64,000 bases of DNA from Octopus sinensis. Taxonomy: Eukaryota. The stretch lies in the NCBI RefSeq assembly GCF_006345805.1, contig NC_043010.1, forward strand, positions 3,100,001-3,164,000, given 5' to 3'. Position numbers and translations under genes: made by a program. A model generated the notes under the pieces. The model was given only the letters and a program-made list of their open reading frames with translations, searched no databases and was not told the DNA's origin. Positions 39,214 to 51,715 of this stretch are shown here, piece after piece. The number at the start of each line of letters is the position of its first letter. Within the stretch, counting starts at the first letter, position 1.

Positions 39214-39315
39214 ATATTATCTATATATATATATATACGTATACATACATACATACATATATATATATATATAATATAGATATATATATATATATATAAA
39301 TTATGTATATATGTA

Positions 39316-39685
39316 CTAGCACTATGACCCGGCAACGCCGGGTCATAGTGCTAGTGCATGCATATGCAGCTACATGCATGCACACATACATGCGAGTACT
39401 GTCCAAATCTCTGACCAATCACATACAGCTAGCTGGCATTCAATTGGCGAATCAAGTTTCGGGCATTTTGATTAGATTTTGGATAGAAAATTCACAAAAA
39501 AGTGACTTCTATTGAGTTTTTAATGGCTTTGCAGGGTGACTGGGAAAATGTAAAGATGTGCACGACTACCCTTGGATGGTTTTGAATGACCATAGAAAGT
39601 GCGATCCCTCTAACTAAAAAATTGTGGATTCGTATAAAGGACACACACACACAGACAGACATTTTGCCGTTTATATATATAGAGA
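39316..39685 (-). mobile_element. Non-autonomous Helitron, second family
   Basis: - strand start TCTCTATATATATAAACGG; 3' end is a hairpin CCCGGCGTTGCCGGG running into CTAG. Confidence 0.75.
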
Positions 39686-40586
39686 TGTATATGTCTTGTG
39701 ATGGCATGCCATGAAGCTTAATTCTATGATGAACTTCAAGGAGTACCTTTGTGACATATGATGTGTCACACATTTTAGCCCAACCGGAGCGCATCTATCT
39801 TCTGGCCTGAACACAGTCAATTTCTTTCAGGAGTGACAGAGACAGGCACAAGGAAAAGTAAAATATTCCATCAGTACAAGACTGACATTTTATTTACCCA
39901 AAGACGAAAGACAGAGTTGATTAAGGTGGGATTTAAACTCAGAGCGCAGAAAGCTAGAGAGGTTACTGCAAAGCAATCTATCCAATAGTCTAACAATTCT
40001 GCCAACTGGACATCATATGTGTGTGTGTGTGTGCTTGTGTGAGTGTGTGTGTGTGTGCACATGTGTGTGTGTATACATACTTACACACACACACACACAT
40101 ATACATATATATACGGGAATCAGAATGATGAAGAGGAAGAAGAAGAGGGCGACAAAGTTCCAAATAGAAGTATTCACATTGAAGGGCATCCAGCAGTAGA
40201 AATACTGCCAGATCAGACTGGAGCCTGGTGCAGCCTTCTGGCTTCCCAGACCCCGGTCGAATGGTCCAACCCATGCTAGCATGGAAAGCGGACGCTAAAC
40301 GATGATGATATATACACAAAAATATACTGTGCATATAAGTACAGGGAGCTACACATTCATAAAGCACCTAGTTGTACTAATTAACAGATCACTTTTATGC
40401 ATACACTATACATGCACACACACACACATGTATATATATATATACACACATACACACATGCGAGATCTGTTACTTTCAACTAACTCAGCTGTGATGATTT
40501 ATCCAAACCACGCTTGCATTGGAAAACTCATCATCATTAGAAGTGTGCATATAGAATATATTCACCATCATCATCATCACCATCAG

Positions 40587-40624
<38 letters not shown>

Positions 40625-41084
40625 CCATCATCAATTAATAACCACCTTTTCATGCTTCCACAGGTCAGATGGAATTTATTGAGTCAGATACTCTATGGCT
40701 GAATACCCGTCATTTCATCAACTCTTAACTGTTTCCAAACAATGTAATATTTCCCCATGGCCAGACATATTTTCCCACAGACTAGAAATGAACAATACTG
40801 CTTGTATGAGGGTGACTCTCATTTACAATTGTTACACGATAACAGGACAAAGATACACACATAGGCACATGCACACGTACACGCACACACATGTATGTAT
40901 ATACGATGGGTGTAGGAAAAGTTTTGAGCCTAATCTAGAAATGGGGCTGCTAGATAGCTGGAACAATTTTTTTCTGGTAAGTACAGTCTTTTCGGAGAAT
41001 TCTTGCTCATTTTCATGATTCTGATATTTTAATTTCTTTTGTTGCAGATTTTTGAATAAACAAGTGCGCAGGAGTGGCTATATA

Positions 41085-41541
41085 GGCGCAGGAGTGGCTG
41101 TGTGGTAAGTAGCTAGCTTACCAACCACATGGTTCCAGGTTCAGTCCCACTGCGTGGCATCTTGGGCAAGTGTCTTCTGCTATAGCCCCGGGCCGATCAA
41201 TGCCTTGTGAGTGGATTGGTAGACGGAAACTGAAAGAAGCCTGTCGTATATATGTATATATTATATGTAATATATATATATATATAGATATATATATATG
41301 TATGTGTGTGTGTTATGTTTGTTGTGTGTTGGTTTTGTCCCCCTAGCATTGCTTGACAACCGATGCTGGTGTGTTTATGTCCCTGTCACTTAGCGGTTCG
41401 GCAAAAGAGACCGATAGAATAAGTACTGGGCTTACAAAAAATAAGTCCCGAGGTCGATCTGCTCGACTGAAGGTGGTGCTCCAGCATGGCTGCAATCAAA
41501 TGACTGAAACAAGTAAAAGAGAGTAAAAGAGAAAGAAAGAG
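41085..41541 (+). mobile_element. SINE family A inserted in the mariner 5' region
   Basis: Family consensus; head partially duplicated at 41067-41079. Confidence 0.9.
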
Positions 41542-41554
41542 AGGTTACAAGGAG

Positions 41555-42591
41555 AATAGAGAAAACTGAGTATCGTGCTGCCATAGAGTACCTTCATTTG
41601 AAAGGCATGACTCCATCAGAAATCCATGAAGATAAGGTGAGAAACTTAACAGACAATGCTCCTTCATATGCGACAGTCAAACACTGAGTAAATGAATTCA
41701 AGCGTGGCAGGGAGAGAGTGGAAGATGATCCCAGACCAGGGAGACTTCCAACTGCAGCCACCAAGGACAACCTTGAACTTGCTTTTGATATGATAATGCA
41801 AGATCGCCGAATATCATGTTGTCAGATAGCCGAGAGACTGGACATCTCAATTGAAAGAGCAGACAACATTGTGACAAAAGAACTTGGGTTCTCAAAGGTT
41901 TCTGCAAGGTGGGTCCCTTGCCTTTTGTCTCCCAAACAAAAACACACCAGGTGCACTTTGTCCACGAGCAATCTGGAACTGTTTGAAGCCGATGAAGAGA
42001 ATTTCCTTGCTCGTTTCATTACTATGGATGAAAGTTGGGTTCATCACCACCAGCCTGAAACCAAAGAAGAAAGCAATGGACACACACATCTTCCCTTACG
42101 CCAAAGAAGGCCAGGGTATTTCCTTCAGATGACAAGGTCACGGCATGCGTTTTTTTGGATTCTCAAGGTGTCTTGCTGATCGATTACCTTGAAAAGGGTC
42201 ACACCATGACAGGGCTGTATTATTCTCAGCTACTGAAATCCCTCCGAGAAACAATTAAAGAAAAAGGGCCAGGAATGCTCACCAGAGGAGTCCCTTTTCA
42301 TCACGACCAATGCTCCAGCCCACACCTCAGTGGTTGCCATGGCAACAATTCATGATTGTGGATACCAACTTGTTCCCCATCTGCCTTATTCACCAGACTT
42401 AGCCCCCTCTGACATTCATCTATTCCCCAAAATGAAAAAAAGCCCTGGCTGATCACCATTTTGCCAGAGACAATGATATCATAGATGTTGTAGGAAGAGT
42501 TCTTCTACGCTGGGATAATGATGCTTCAGCACTGCTGGAGAAAGTGTTCAGCCATCAAGTGGTGGGGGGGGATGAACTATGTTGAAAAATA
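41555..42591 (+). pseudogene. mariner transposase pseudogene
   Basis: EYRAAIEYL..., EDDPRPGR, KVSARWVP.LL, FITMDESWVHH, PYSPDLAPSDIHLFP; in-frame stop and several frameshifts. Confidence 0.92.
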
Positions 42592-42662
42592 AATCATCAG
42601 AAGTCTTGTACTACATTTTGTTTTTTTGAGGCTCAAGACTTTTCGTACACCCCTCGTATATA

Positions 42663-43136
42663 TCTATATATATAAAACTCTAGTTGTGTGAGTGTCTGTC
42701 CCCTTCGATTTAGATTCCTAACTCCTCCCACATTTTGCGGTGCAGTTTAACCGAATTCGAGTATCTTATAGTCGTGATTCATATCGAGCCCGTCTGACTA
42801 TTAGCGCGTGTCAACGATGAGTCTATTCCATTTTAATGCATAAAATGCATCGTATGTCGATGGCGGCGGAGTTGGCGTCCACGCTCACAGCTGCACCTGT
42901 TTGCTTCTCCCCCTTCCCTCCCTCGTGAAGCTGTGGGGAAGGGAGTGTAAATAAATCAACGTCGTAATGCATTGTTAAGGAAACCAGCGTTCTTTTAGAA
43001 CAACGACTTCATGGCTTGAAGACACCAAAACAAAAATGGCTAAGAAAGCCCGAATTTATAAGGGAAGTAACTCTCTAAAAATGCTTATATAGTTATTTCC
43101 CTTACAAATCCGAGCAACGCCGGGCGATACTGCTAG
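42663..43136 (+). mobile_element. Non-autonomous Helitron
   Basis: 5' TC(TATATATATAAAA), 3' hairpin CCGAGCAACGCCGGG then CTAG, A|T insertion site. Confidence 0.85.
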
Positions 43137-43148
43137 TATATATATATA

Positions 43149-43456
43149 TCTTTATATATAAAAGTGAGGTTGTGTGTCTGTCTGTCTCCTACGATTTAGA
43201 TTCCTAACTACTCCCACATTTTGCGGTGCAGTTTAACCAAAAGTGGGTATCTTATAGTCGGGATTCATATCGAGCCCTTCTGGGTATTAGCGCACGTCTA
43301 CGATGAGTCTACGATTTAAAAAAAAATTTACCATCAATTTCCCCCCCCCCTTTTGTGGTTAGCCATATTGAGATGGCTATTATACTTTACATCTCTAAAA
43401 ATGCTTATATAGTTATTTCCCTTACAAACCCGAGCAACGCCGGGTGATACTGCTAG
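43149..43456 (+). mobile_element. Non-autonomous Helitron, tandem second copy
   Basis: 5' TCTTTATATATAAAAG, 3' CCCGAGCAACGCCGGG..CTAG. Confidence 0.85.
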
Positions 43457-43648
43457 TATATGTATATATATATATATTCTTTTATTCCTTTATTTGTTTC
43501 AGTCGTTTGACTGCGGCTTGTCAAACAAATCGACCCTAGGACTTATTCTTTGTAAGCCCCGTACTTATTTTATTGGTCTCTTTTGCTGAACCACTAAATT
43601 TACGAGGACACAAACACTCCAACATGTCAAGCGATGGTGGGGGGACAA

Positions 43649-43686
<38 letters not shown>

Positions 43687-44314
43687 GTGTGTGGGCTTCT
43701 TTAAGCTTCCATCTACCAAATCTACTCACAAGGCTTTGGTCAGCCTAAGGCTATAGTAGAAGACCCATGTGGTTGGGAAGCAATCTTCTTACCACATAGC
43801 TACTCCTGCGCCTATATAGGGACACATATTTGAAATTAATGTTTTCTTTTGACACATTCTACCAGATTACGAAGTTTCAAATTGTTTAGTTAAGTAGAAA
43901 ATTCCGTCCTTCAAACAGAAAAGATCCACATATTTTTTTTAACCACTACTACAAAGGGAAGGAAGAAAGAATAAAAATTTCCAATAGCTTCTTCTCTCCC
44001 TTGCAAAACGAATGAATGGGGAAAGGAAACCGATTTCCTATTGCAAAGAACGGCGTAAAAGAAAAATAAAATGAGGTTTTGTATTTTGCGTGACGATGTT
44101 TGTGCAGTTATTTCATTGAAGATAGCAGTTGCAAGAATACGACACTGGAAGCCATTTGGCTGAAAGACAGGCACCGGCGTCGCATGATTAAACGCGCGAT
44201 CGGACACACAGACACACACAGACACACACACACAGACACGCACGTGCACAATGAGTTACGGCTGCAGTATCCAGATTTTTACGATATTTCCTCCCCCTTT
44301 GTGATATGTATGGA

Positions 44315-44320
44315 TGGAGG

Positions 44321-44358
<38 letters not shown>

Positions 44359-44433
44359 GAGGGAGGAGAGAGAGAGAGAGAGAGGAGGGAGAGAGAGAGA
44401 GAGAGGAGAGAGAGGAGGGAGGGAGGAGAGAGG

Positions 44434-44464
<31 letters not shown>

Positions 44465-44733
44465 GGAGAGGGAGAGAGAGAGGAGGAGAGAGAGAGGAGG
44501 AGAGAGAGAGAGGAGAGAGAGAGGAGGGAGGAGAGAGAGGAGGGAGAGAGAGAGGAGGGAGAGAGAGGAGGGAGAGAGAGAGGAGGAAGAGAGAGAGGAA
44601 GGAGTGAGAGAGGAGGGAGAGAGAGGAGGGAGAGAGAGAGGAGGGAGAGAGAGAGAGGAGGAAGAGAGAGAGGAGGGAGGGAGAGAGAGAGTGTGTGAGA
44701 GAGAGAGAGAGGGGCAGACAGACAGATAGACAG
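44315..44733 (+). repeat. Polypurine (GA/GGA)n tract
   Basis: About 400 bp of almost pure purine. Confidence 0.95.
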
Positions 44734-45089
44734 ATAGTTTTGAGTATTGTTATTTTGAATTTCCTCTCTGAATAATTCCAGAGAACCATCAGAATCAACG
44801 ATCTCGTCTCGGCTGCATTCCTATGAAGGGACCACTTGTGCATGAGAAGTGGTTTTGCTTACGAGTACAAGCAAGGGGCAGTAATTCATTCATTTTGAGG
44901 GTGGGACATTCCAAAGATGGATTATTTCCCCTGCGCTATTAAAATCGCATTTTTGTGGGAAAACATTAGCAAAGTAAAACAGGAGCAAAGTAAAAATGGT
45001 GTTCGGACTGTGAGAATGAGAAGGAACAGAGTTGATATGAAGGAAATGTTGATAATGGAGGGAAAAGATTGAGTAGAAAACAATATATA

Positions 45090-45510
45090 GGCATAGGAGT
45101 GGCTGTGTGGTAAGTAGCTTGCTTACCAACCACATGGTTCCGGGTTCAGTCTCACTGCGTAGCATCTTGGGCAAGTGTCTTCTGCTAGAGCCCCGGGCCG
45201 ACCAAACCCTTGTGAGTGGATTTGGTAGACGGAAACTGAAAGAAGCCCATCGTATATATGTATATATATATATGTATATGTGTGTGTGTATGTTTGTGTG
45301 TCTGTGTTTGTCCCCCTAGCATTGCTTGACAACCGATGCTGGTGTGTTTACGTCCCCGTCACTTAGCGGTTCGACAAAAGAGACTGATAGAATAAGTACT
45401 GGGCTTACAAAGAATAAGTCCCGGGGTCGATTTGCTCGACTAAAGGTGGTGCTCCAGCATGGCCGCAGTCAAAATGACTGAAACAAGTAAAAGAGTAAAG
45501 AGTAAAGAGC
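45090..45510 (+). mobile_element. SINE family A
   Basis: Full-length family consensus. Confidence 0.9.
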
Positions 45511-46048
45511 AAGTGTGTTTATTTGGTAAGGGGAAAACGACCACCCCGAAAAGGAACAATAATTAATTAAATAAAGAAGTGAAACTGCATAATATGTATA
45601 ATATGTATAATATGGTTTAAATCCTCCTTTGCAACCACAAGGTTTCCAGTTCAGGCCCACTGCTTGGCAACTTGGGCAAATGTCTTCTGTTGTAGCCCCG
45701 AATCGACAAATGCCTTGTGGGTGAATTTTATAGAAGGAAACTGTGAGCAAGTCAGTTGAACATACATGTATATATTGTATGAAATCTGTCGTATATTCTT
45801 TTATTCTTTTACTTGTTTCAGTCATTTGAATGTGGCCATGATGGAGCATTGCTTTTAGTTGAACAAATCGACCCCAGGACTTATTCTTTGCACGCCTAGT
45901 GGCATTTCATCAGAGTTGCATGAAAGATGTGCTGTCACATTGTATGCCTTCCAGACACCGTTTTTTTTTTACTTATATCAGGTGGAAACAGATAGTAAAT
46001 AAAAATATGGTTTTGGGATAAGTAGAGATCATGTAGTGGGGGGGGCAT

Positions 46049-46460
46049 AAAGAAGAAGAAGAAGAAGAAGAAAAGAAGAATAAAAAGAAGAATAAAAAGA
46101 AGAAGAAGGAAAAGAAGAAGAAAAAGAAGAAGAAAAAGAAGAAGAAGAAGAAGAAGAAAAAGAAAAAGAAGAAGAAGAAGAAGAAAAAGAGGAAGAAGAA
46201 GAGGAAGAAGAAGTGGAAGAAGAAGAAGTGGAAGAAGAAGGGAAATGAAGAAGAAGTAATAGAAGAAGAAGTAAAAGAAGAAGGAAATGAAGAAGAAAAT
46301 AATGAAGAAGAAGATAATGAAGAAGAAGAAGATAATGAAGAAAAGAAGAAGAAAAAGAAGAAAAAGAAGAAAAAAGAAGAAAAAGAAGAAATGGAAGAAG
46401 GGAAATGAAGAAGAAGTAGGAGAAAAGAAGAAAATGAAGAAGAAGAAAAAGAAGAAGAAG

Positions 46461-46490
<30 letters not shown>
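46049..46490 (+). repeat. (GAA)n-derived purine tract
   Basis: About 440 bp of imperfect GAA repeat. Confidence 0.95.
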
Positions 46491-46491
<1 letters not shown>

Positions 46492-46839
46492 GTGTGTATA
46501 TGTATGCCTTTGGTTCTATGTTTGTTCACCTCCCACCACTTAACAACCGGTGTTGGTTTGTTTACATCCCCATAACATGGCGGTTTGGCAAAAGAGACCG
46601 ACAGAATGAGCATCGGACTCAAAATAGATTCCGTACTGGAGTTGATTTGTTTGACTAAACTTTTCAAGGCTATCCGTTAGCATTTGTTGCCATCTAATAG
46701 CAGAAATAGATAAAGGATAAAAGATAAACTCTCTCTCTCTCTCTCTTTTTTTTTTTTTTTATTAACTTATATATTTTCCTTATAGTTCGATCGCACTTCC
46801 TACACCCTCTCCTTCACTATATCATCTCCGCCCCAATAT

Positions 46840-47072
46840 CTATTTCTTTATTGCCCACAGGGGCTAAACATAGAGGGGACAAACAAGGACAGACATAGGT
46901 ATTAAGTCGATTATATCGACTCCAGTGCATAACTGGTGCTTAATTTATCGACCCCGAAAAGATGAAAAGCCAAAGTCGCCCTCGGCGGAATTTGAACGCA
47001 GAACGTAACGGCAGACGAAATACGGCTACGCACTTCGCCCGGCGTGGTAACGACTCTGCCAGCTCACCGCCT
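46840..47072 (-). mobile_element. SINE family B
   Basis: Full-length reverse complement. Confidence 0.85.
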
Positions 47073-47572
47073 TGCCCCGCCCCAATATCGACTCTTCCTC
47101 TCCCATTCTCATTTGCTCCAATCGAAAAACGCAAGCTCGATGCAAGGGAAACAACCAATGTATGACTCTGGCCTCACAAATGGAATAGTTCCGTAATATG
47201 TTTGTGCGTGTGTGTAAGTTTATCTTTCGTTGTATATCAGCAAAATACACACACACACACACGTGCGCACACGTTTGTTGGTAAATACTTTTCTTAGACA
47301 ATATTTTAACATGTTATCCTAAAGTGCTATATCGTTTATGGTTTATTTGTTTCAGTCACCGAACTGCGGCCAAGCTGGGGCACCGTCTTCATGAGTTTAG
47401 TTGAATAAATCGACCTCACTGCTTATTATTGAGTTTAACTCTTAGTCCATTGGGCTCATTTGTAGAACTGTTCACAAACACAAGCACACACAGATGTATA
47501 CATACACACACCACACACACATACACAAGCAAGTGTATATATATATATATATATATGTATATTACATGCATA

Positions 47573-47689
47573 TAAGAGGGATGACTACTAGGTGGACATC
47601 CAACATGCTAAATGTAGATCCCATATGGTCAGATTGTATGGGGTCTACATTTAGCATATTGGATATCCACCTAGTGGTCATCCCTCTTA
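47573..47689. repeat. Fold-back hairpin (~52-bp arms) beside TA repeats
   Basis: TAAGAGGGATGACTACTAGGTGGA... / ...TCCACCTAGTGGTCATCCCTCTTA. Confidence 0.85.
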
Positions 47690-47969
47690 AATGTCTGTAA
47701 TATAATTTTTCTGAATCTTCAGATTTTTACAATATGCTAGGCCACTGGTTTAAATTGATATTAATCAAATTAATATTCAAGTTTTTACCCTTATTATTTA
47801 AATTTATATATATATGGGCATGGCTGTGTGGTAAGAAGCTTGCTTACCAACCACATGGTTCCAGGTTCAGTTCCACTGCGTGGTATCTTGGGCAAGCGTC
47901 TTCTGCTATAACCTCGAGCCAACCAAAGCCTTTGAGTGGATTTGGTAGAAGGAAACTGAAAGAAGCAAT

Positions 47970-50156
47970 TCGTCGGATAGCTCTAGACAGCTCCCTGGAG
48001 CTATTCGAATAGACAGCTCCCTGGTAGATAAAGCAATTAAGTGTATGAAGCCAGGAAAAGCCCTCGGCCCATCAGGAATCACTGATGAGATGCTTAAAAC
48101 ATCTGGTGGTGTAGGCTATGGCCTAGTCACCCCCATTGTAAACCAGGTAGTTCATGATGGAGTCATACCCAATGACTGGCATAGCAGCACAATAGTCAAC
48201 TGCTACAAGGGTAAAGGCAATGCTTTGATAGAAATAACTACAGGAGTATGAAACTGCTGGATCAGGTGATGAAGGTCACGGAGAGGGTCATAGCCCATCT
48301 CATTAGGGAGAGAGTCTGCTTAGATGAGATGCAGTTCGGTTTTGTGCTGGGTAGAAGCACCACTGATGCCTTATACCTGGTTTGACAACTGCAGGAGAAA
48401 TACATAGCTAAAGATAAACCCCTATATTTAGCTTTTGTGGACTTGGAGAAAGACTTTGACAGGGTCCCCCGGTCCCTTATTTGGTGGGCGATGTGGAAAC
48501 TGGAGATGACAAATGGTTAATAAGGGCTGTACAGGCCCTATTCAGAGAGGCTGTTACTAAGGTTAGGATTGGCAATGAGTATAGTGAAGAATTCCGGGTA
48601 GAAGTAGGGGTCCACCAAGGTTCAGGCCTCAGTCCCCTTTTATTCATTATAGTCCTCTAGGCAATAAGAGAGGAATTCAAGATGGGCTGTCCCAGGGAGC
48701 TCCTCTATGCTGATGACCTAGCCCTCATAGCAGAATCACTACTGGAACTAGAAAAGAAATTTCGAGTGTGGAAGCAAGGTTTAGAATCAAAAGGCCTTAG
48801 AGTCACAAAATACTAGTAAGTAGGAATGAAAACTCATCTCACTCCCCCTCAGGTAGGTGACCCTGCTCGATCTGTAGAAAAGGTGTAGGTAGAAACTCCA
48901 TAAGATGTACCCAGTGTAAGCTAAGGATACATAAGAGGTGCAGCAACATCAAAGGAAGATTAACTGAGAAGATAGACTTCTTGTGCGGCAAATGCACAGG
49001 GACAATAGACACCACAGATGCTCAGAAAACAGATTCCATCACACAGGGTGAGAAACTAGAAGTAGTTGATACCTTGGGCAAGTGTCAAGTTAGTAGTGGG
49101 GGTGGATGCTCAGAGAGTGTCACCACTAGAATAAGAATAGCCTGAGCAAAGTTTAGAAAGCTCCTACCCCTACTGGTGACAAACGGTCTCTTGCTCAGAG
49201 TGAAAGGTAGATTGTACGATGCATGTATGTGAACTGCCATGCTGCATGGCAGTGAAACATAGGCTGTGACTGTTGAGGAAATGCATAGGCTCGAAAGAAA
49301 TGAAGCTTGCATGATCCGCTGGATGTGTAATGCCAGTGTGCACACACGACAGAGTGTGAGCGCCCTGAGAGAAAAGTTGGACATAAAAAGCATCTGATGT
49401 AGTGTGCAAGAAAGACGTTTGTGCTGGTATGGTCATGTACTACGGATGGATGAGGAGAGATGTGTGAAGAAGTGCCACTCCCAAACAGTTGAAGGAATCT
49501 GGGGTAGAGGTAGACCCAGGAAGACATGGGATGAGGTGGTCAAGCATGACCTTTGAATGTTGGGCCTCACAGAGGCAATGATGAAAGACCGAGACCTCTG
49601 GAGATATGCTGTGACTGCGAAGACCCAATAAATAGAGTTCACGGCGTATCCTACACCAGCTTCACATAACCAGCCCCAGCCCATTCAGAATACCTTGGAT
49701 CACAGGGGGGCCTGCTGTGCTTATCTTGGATCGTAGGGTGACCTGCTGGGCTTGAGGAGGCCTATTGAGTCAAGTACATCAACATCAAAATGAAAATCAA
49801 ATGGAAATTGTAGTTGTGATACCTGTGCCGGTGGCACGTAAAAAGCACCATCCAAACGTGGCCAATACCAGCACGTGCCTTGACTGGCTTCTGTGCTGGT
49901 GGCACATAAAAAGCACCAACCGATCGTGTCTGTTGCCAGCCTCCTCTGCCCCTGTGCCAGTGGCACATAAAAAGCACCCACTACACTCATGGAGTGGTTG
50001 GCGTTAGGAAGGGCATCCAGCCGTAGAAACACTGCCAGATCAGACTGGAGCCTGGTGCTGCCCCTGGCTTCCCAGACCCTGGTTGAACCGTCCAACCCAT
50101 GCCAGCACGGAAAACGGGCGTTAAACGATGATAATGATGATGATGATGATGATGAT
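47970..50156 (+). mobile_element. 5'-truncated RTE LINE with decayed RT, internal PHD finger, structured 3'UTR and (GAT)n tail; probable partner LINE of family C
   Basis: MKPGKALGPSGI, QFGFV.GRSTTDA, AFVDLEKDFDRV, VGVHQGS.LSPLLF, ELLYADDL, WYGHVLRM, GRGRPRKTW; splits a family-A SINE (47815-47966 / 50157-50381). Confidence 0.92.
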
Positions 50157-51319
50157 GTATGTATGTAAGTGGTGTGTCTCTGTTTGTACCTGTTCCCATC
50201 GCTTAACAACCGCTGCTGGGGTGGTTATGTCCCTGTAACTTAATGGTTCAACAAAAGAGGCTGATATAATAAGGACCAGACTCACAAAGAACAAGTTCTG
50301 TGTCGATTTCTTTGACTGAAACCTTTTAAGGCAGTGCTCCAGCATGGCCACAGTCAAATGACTGAAACATGTAAAAGAATACATGTGTGTGTGTGTGTAT
50401 GTGTGATGAGCTTCCACACAGTTTACATCTACAAAATTCACTCACAAGTCATTGGCTGGCCTGGGGTGAGTAAAAGACACTTGGCCAAGGTGACACCCAG
50501 TGGTATTGAACCTGAAACCATGTCGTTGCAAAGTGAACTTCTTAATCACACTGTCAATTCATTTTTGCAAACAATTTACTTCATTAATGCTTACTATCCA
50601 CCCTGAGTTTCTCTCATGTGTGTATGTGTGTTAAGCATAAAAGCAGAAATGACAAAGTTTTTGGTGTTACAGAGTGCATTGGTATTTGGTGGGCTGGGGT
50701 GGGCTGGGGATGGGCTGGGCATTGAATTGTTATTTACAAATGTCGACAATTTATAGATAATCAATAAAAAAAACTTTTAGCCATTAATTAACCAAAACTA
50801 AACGAATTTGTCTCTCTTTTTATATGTTTACTTCTGTGTATGTGTTTTGGAGTGTGTGTAAGTGAGTATGCACTCATTGTGTGTGTGTTTGTTTCTGTGT
50901 GTGTGTGTGTGTAAGTGTGTATGTGTGTGTGAGTGTGCGCGTGTGTGTGCTTGTGCTTTTGCGTGTGCATAATGGAATTGCAGACAATCGCAGGGGAATC
51001 AAATTTAACAGTGCACCTTTTGATGAAGAATTTTTAAATTAAAAAGTAATTTAAGTGTTTTCTTAAAAAGAAATAAAAACAATGAATATATAAATTCCAC
51101 TTTGCAATTATAAATCATTTTAAATCTTTAATTTGTAGCTAATATTTCTTGGTTACTATGACGTAAGAATTCAAGGGAAAAAATTGCAGCAAATATTCTA
51201 AACACCAGACAAAATTATGGCAAAACGTCTACGATTCCTTTTTATTCTTTTATTTGATTATTAATATAATGTAGACACAGGGCTGGGTATTTAATTAAGG
51301 AGACTGTGTCTCAATCATG

Positions 51320-51437
51320 TGGGCTCAATTTCAGTTCCTTAACATGACACTTTGGGCAAGTATCTTCTACTATAGCCTCGGGCCGACCAAAGCCTTGTGA
51401 GTGGATTTGGTAGAGAGAAATTGAAAGAAGCCCGTCG

Positions 51438-51491
<54 letters not shown>

Positions 51492-51715
51492 CATGTGTGT
51501 GTTTGTGTGTCTGTGTTTGTCCCCCCCCCCCAACATCTCTTGACAACCAATGCTGGTGTGTTTACATTCCCGTAACTTAGCGGTTCGGCAAGAGAGACCG
51601 ATAGAATAAGTACTAGGCTTACAAAGAATAAGTCCTGGGGTCGATTTGTTTGACTAAAGGCGGTGCTCCAGCATGGCCACAGTCAAATGACTGAAACATG
51701 TAAAAGAATAAAAGA
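51320..51715 (+). mobile_element. SINE family A
   Basis: Family consensus, degenerate head. Confidence 0.85.

Larger units (their letters stand above)
40904..42656 (+). mobile_element. Full-length, decayed mariner transposon interrupted by a SINE
   Basis: TIRs CGATGGGTGTAGGAAAAGTTTTGAGCCT / AGGCTCAAGACTTTTCGTACACCCCTCG with TA TSD. Confidence 0.92.

Noticed and set aside
44100-46667. RE-rich, LS-rich and K-rich ORFs
   Set aside because: Translations of GA and GAA simple repeats.
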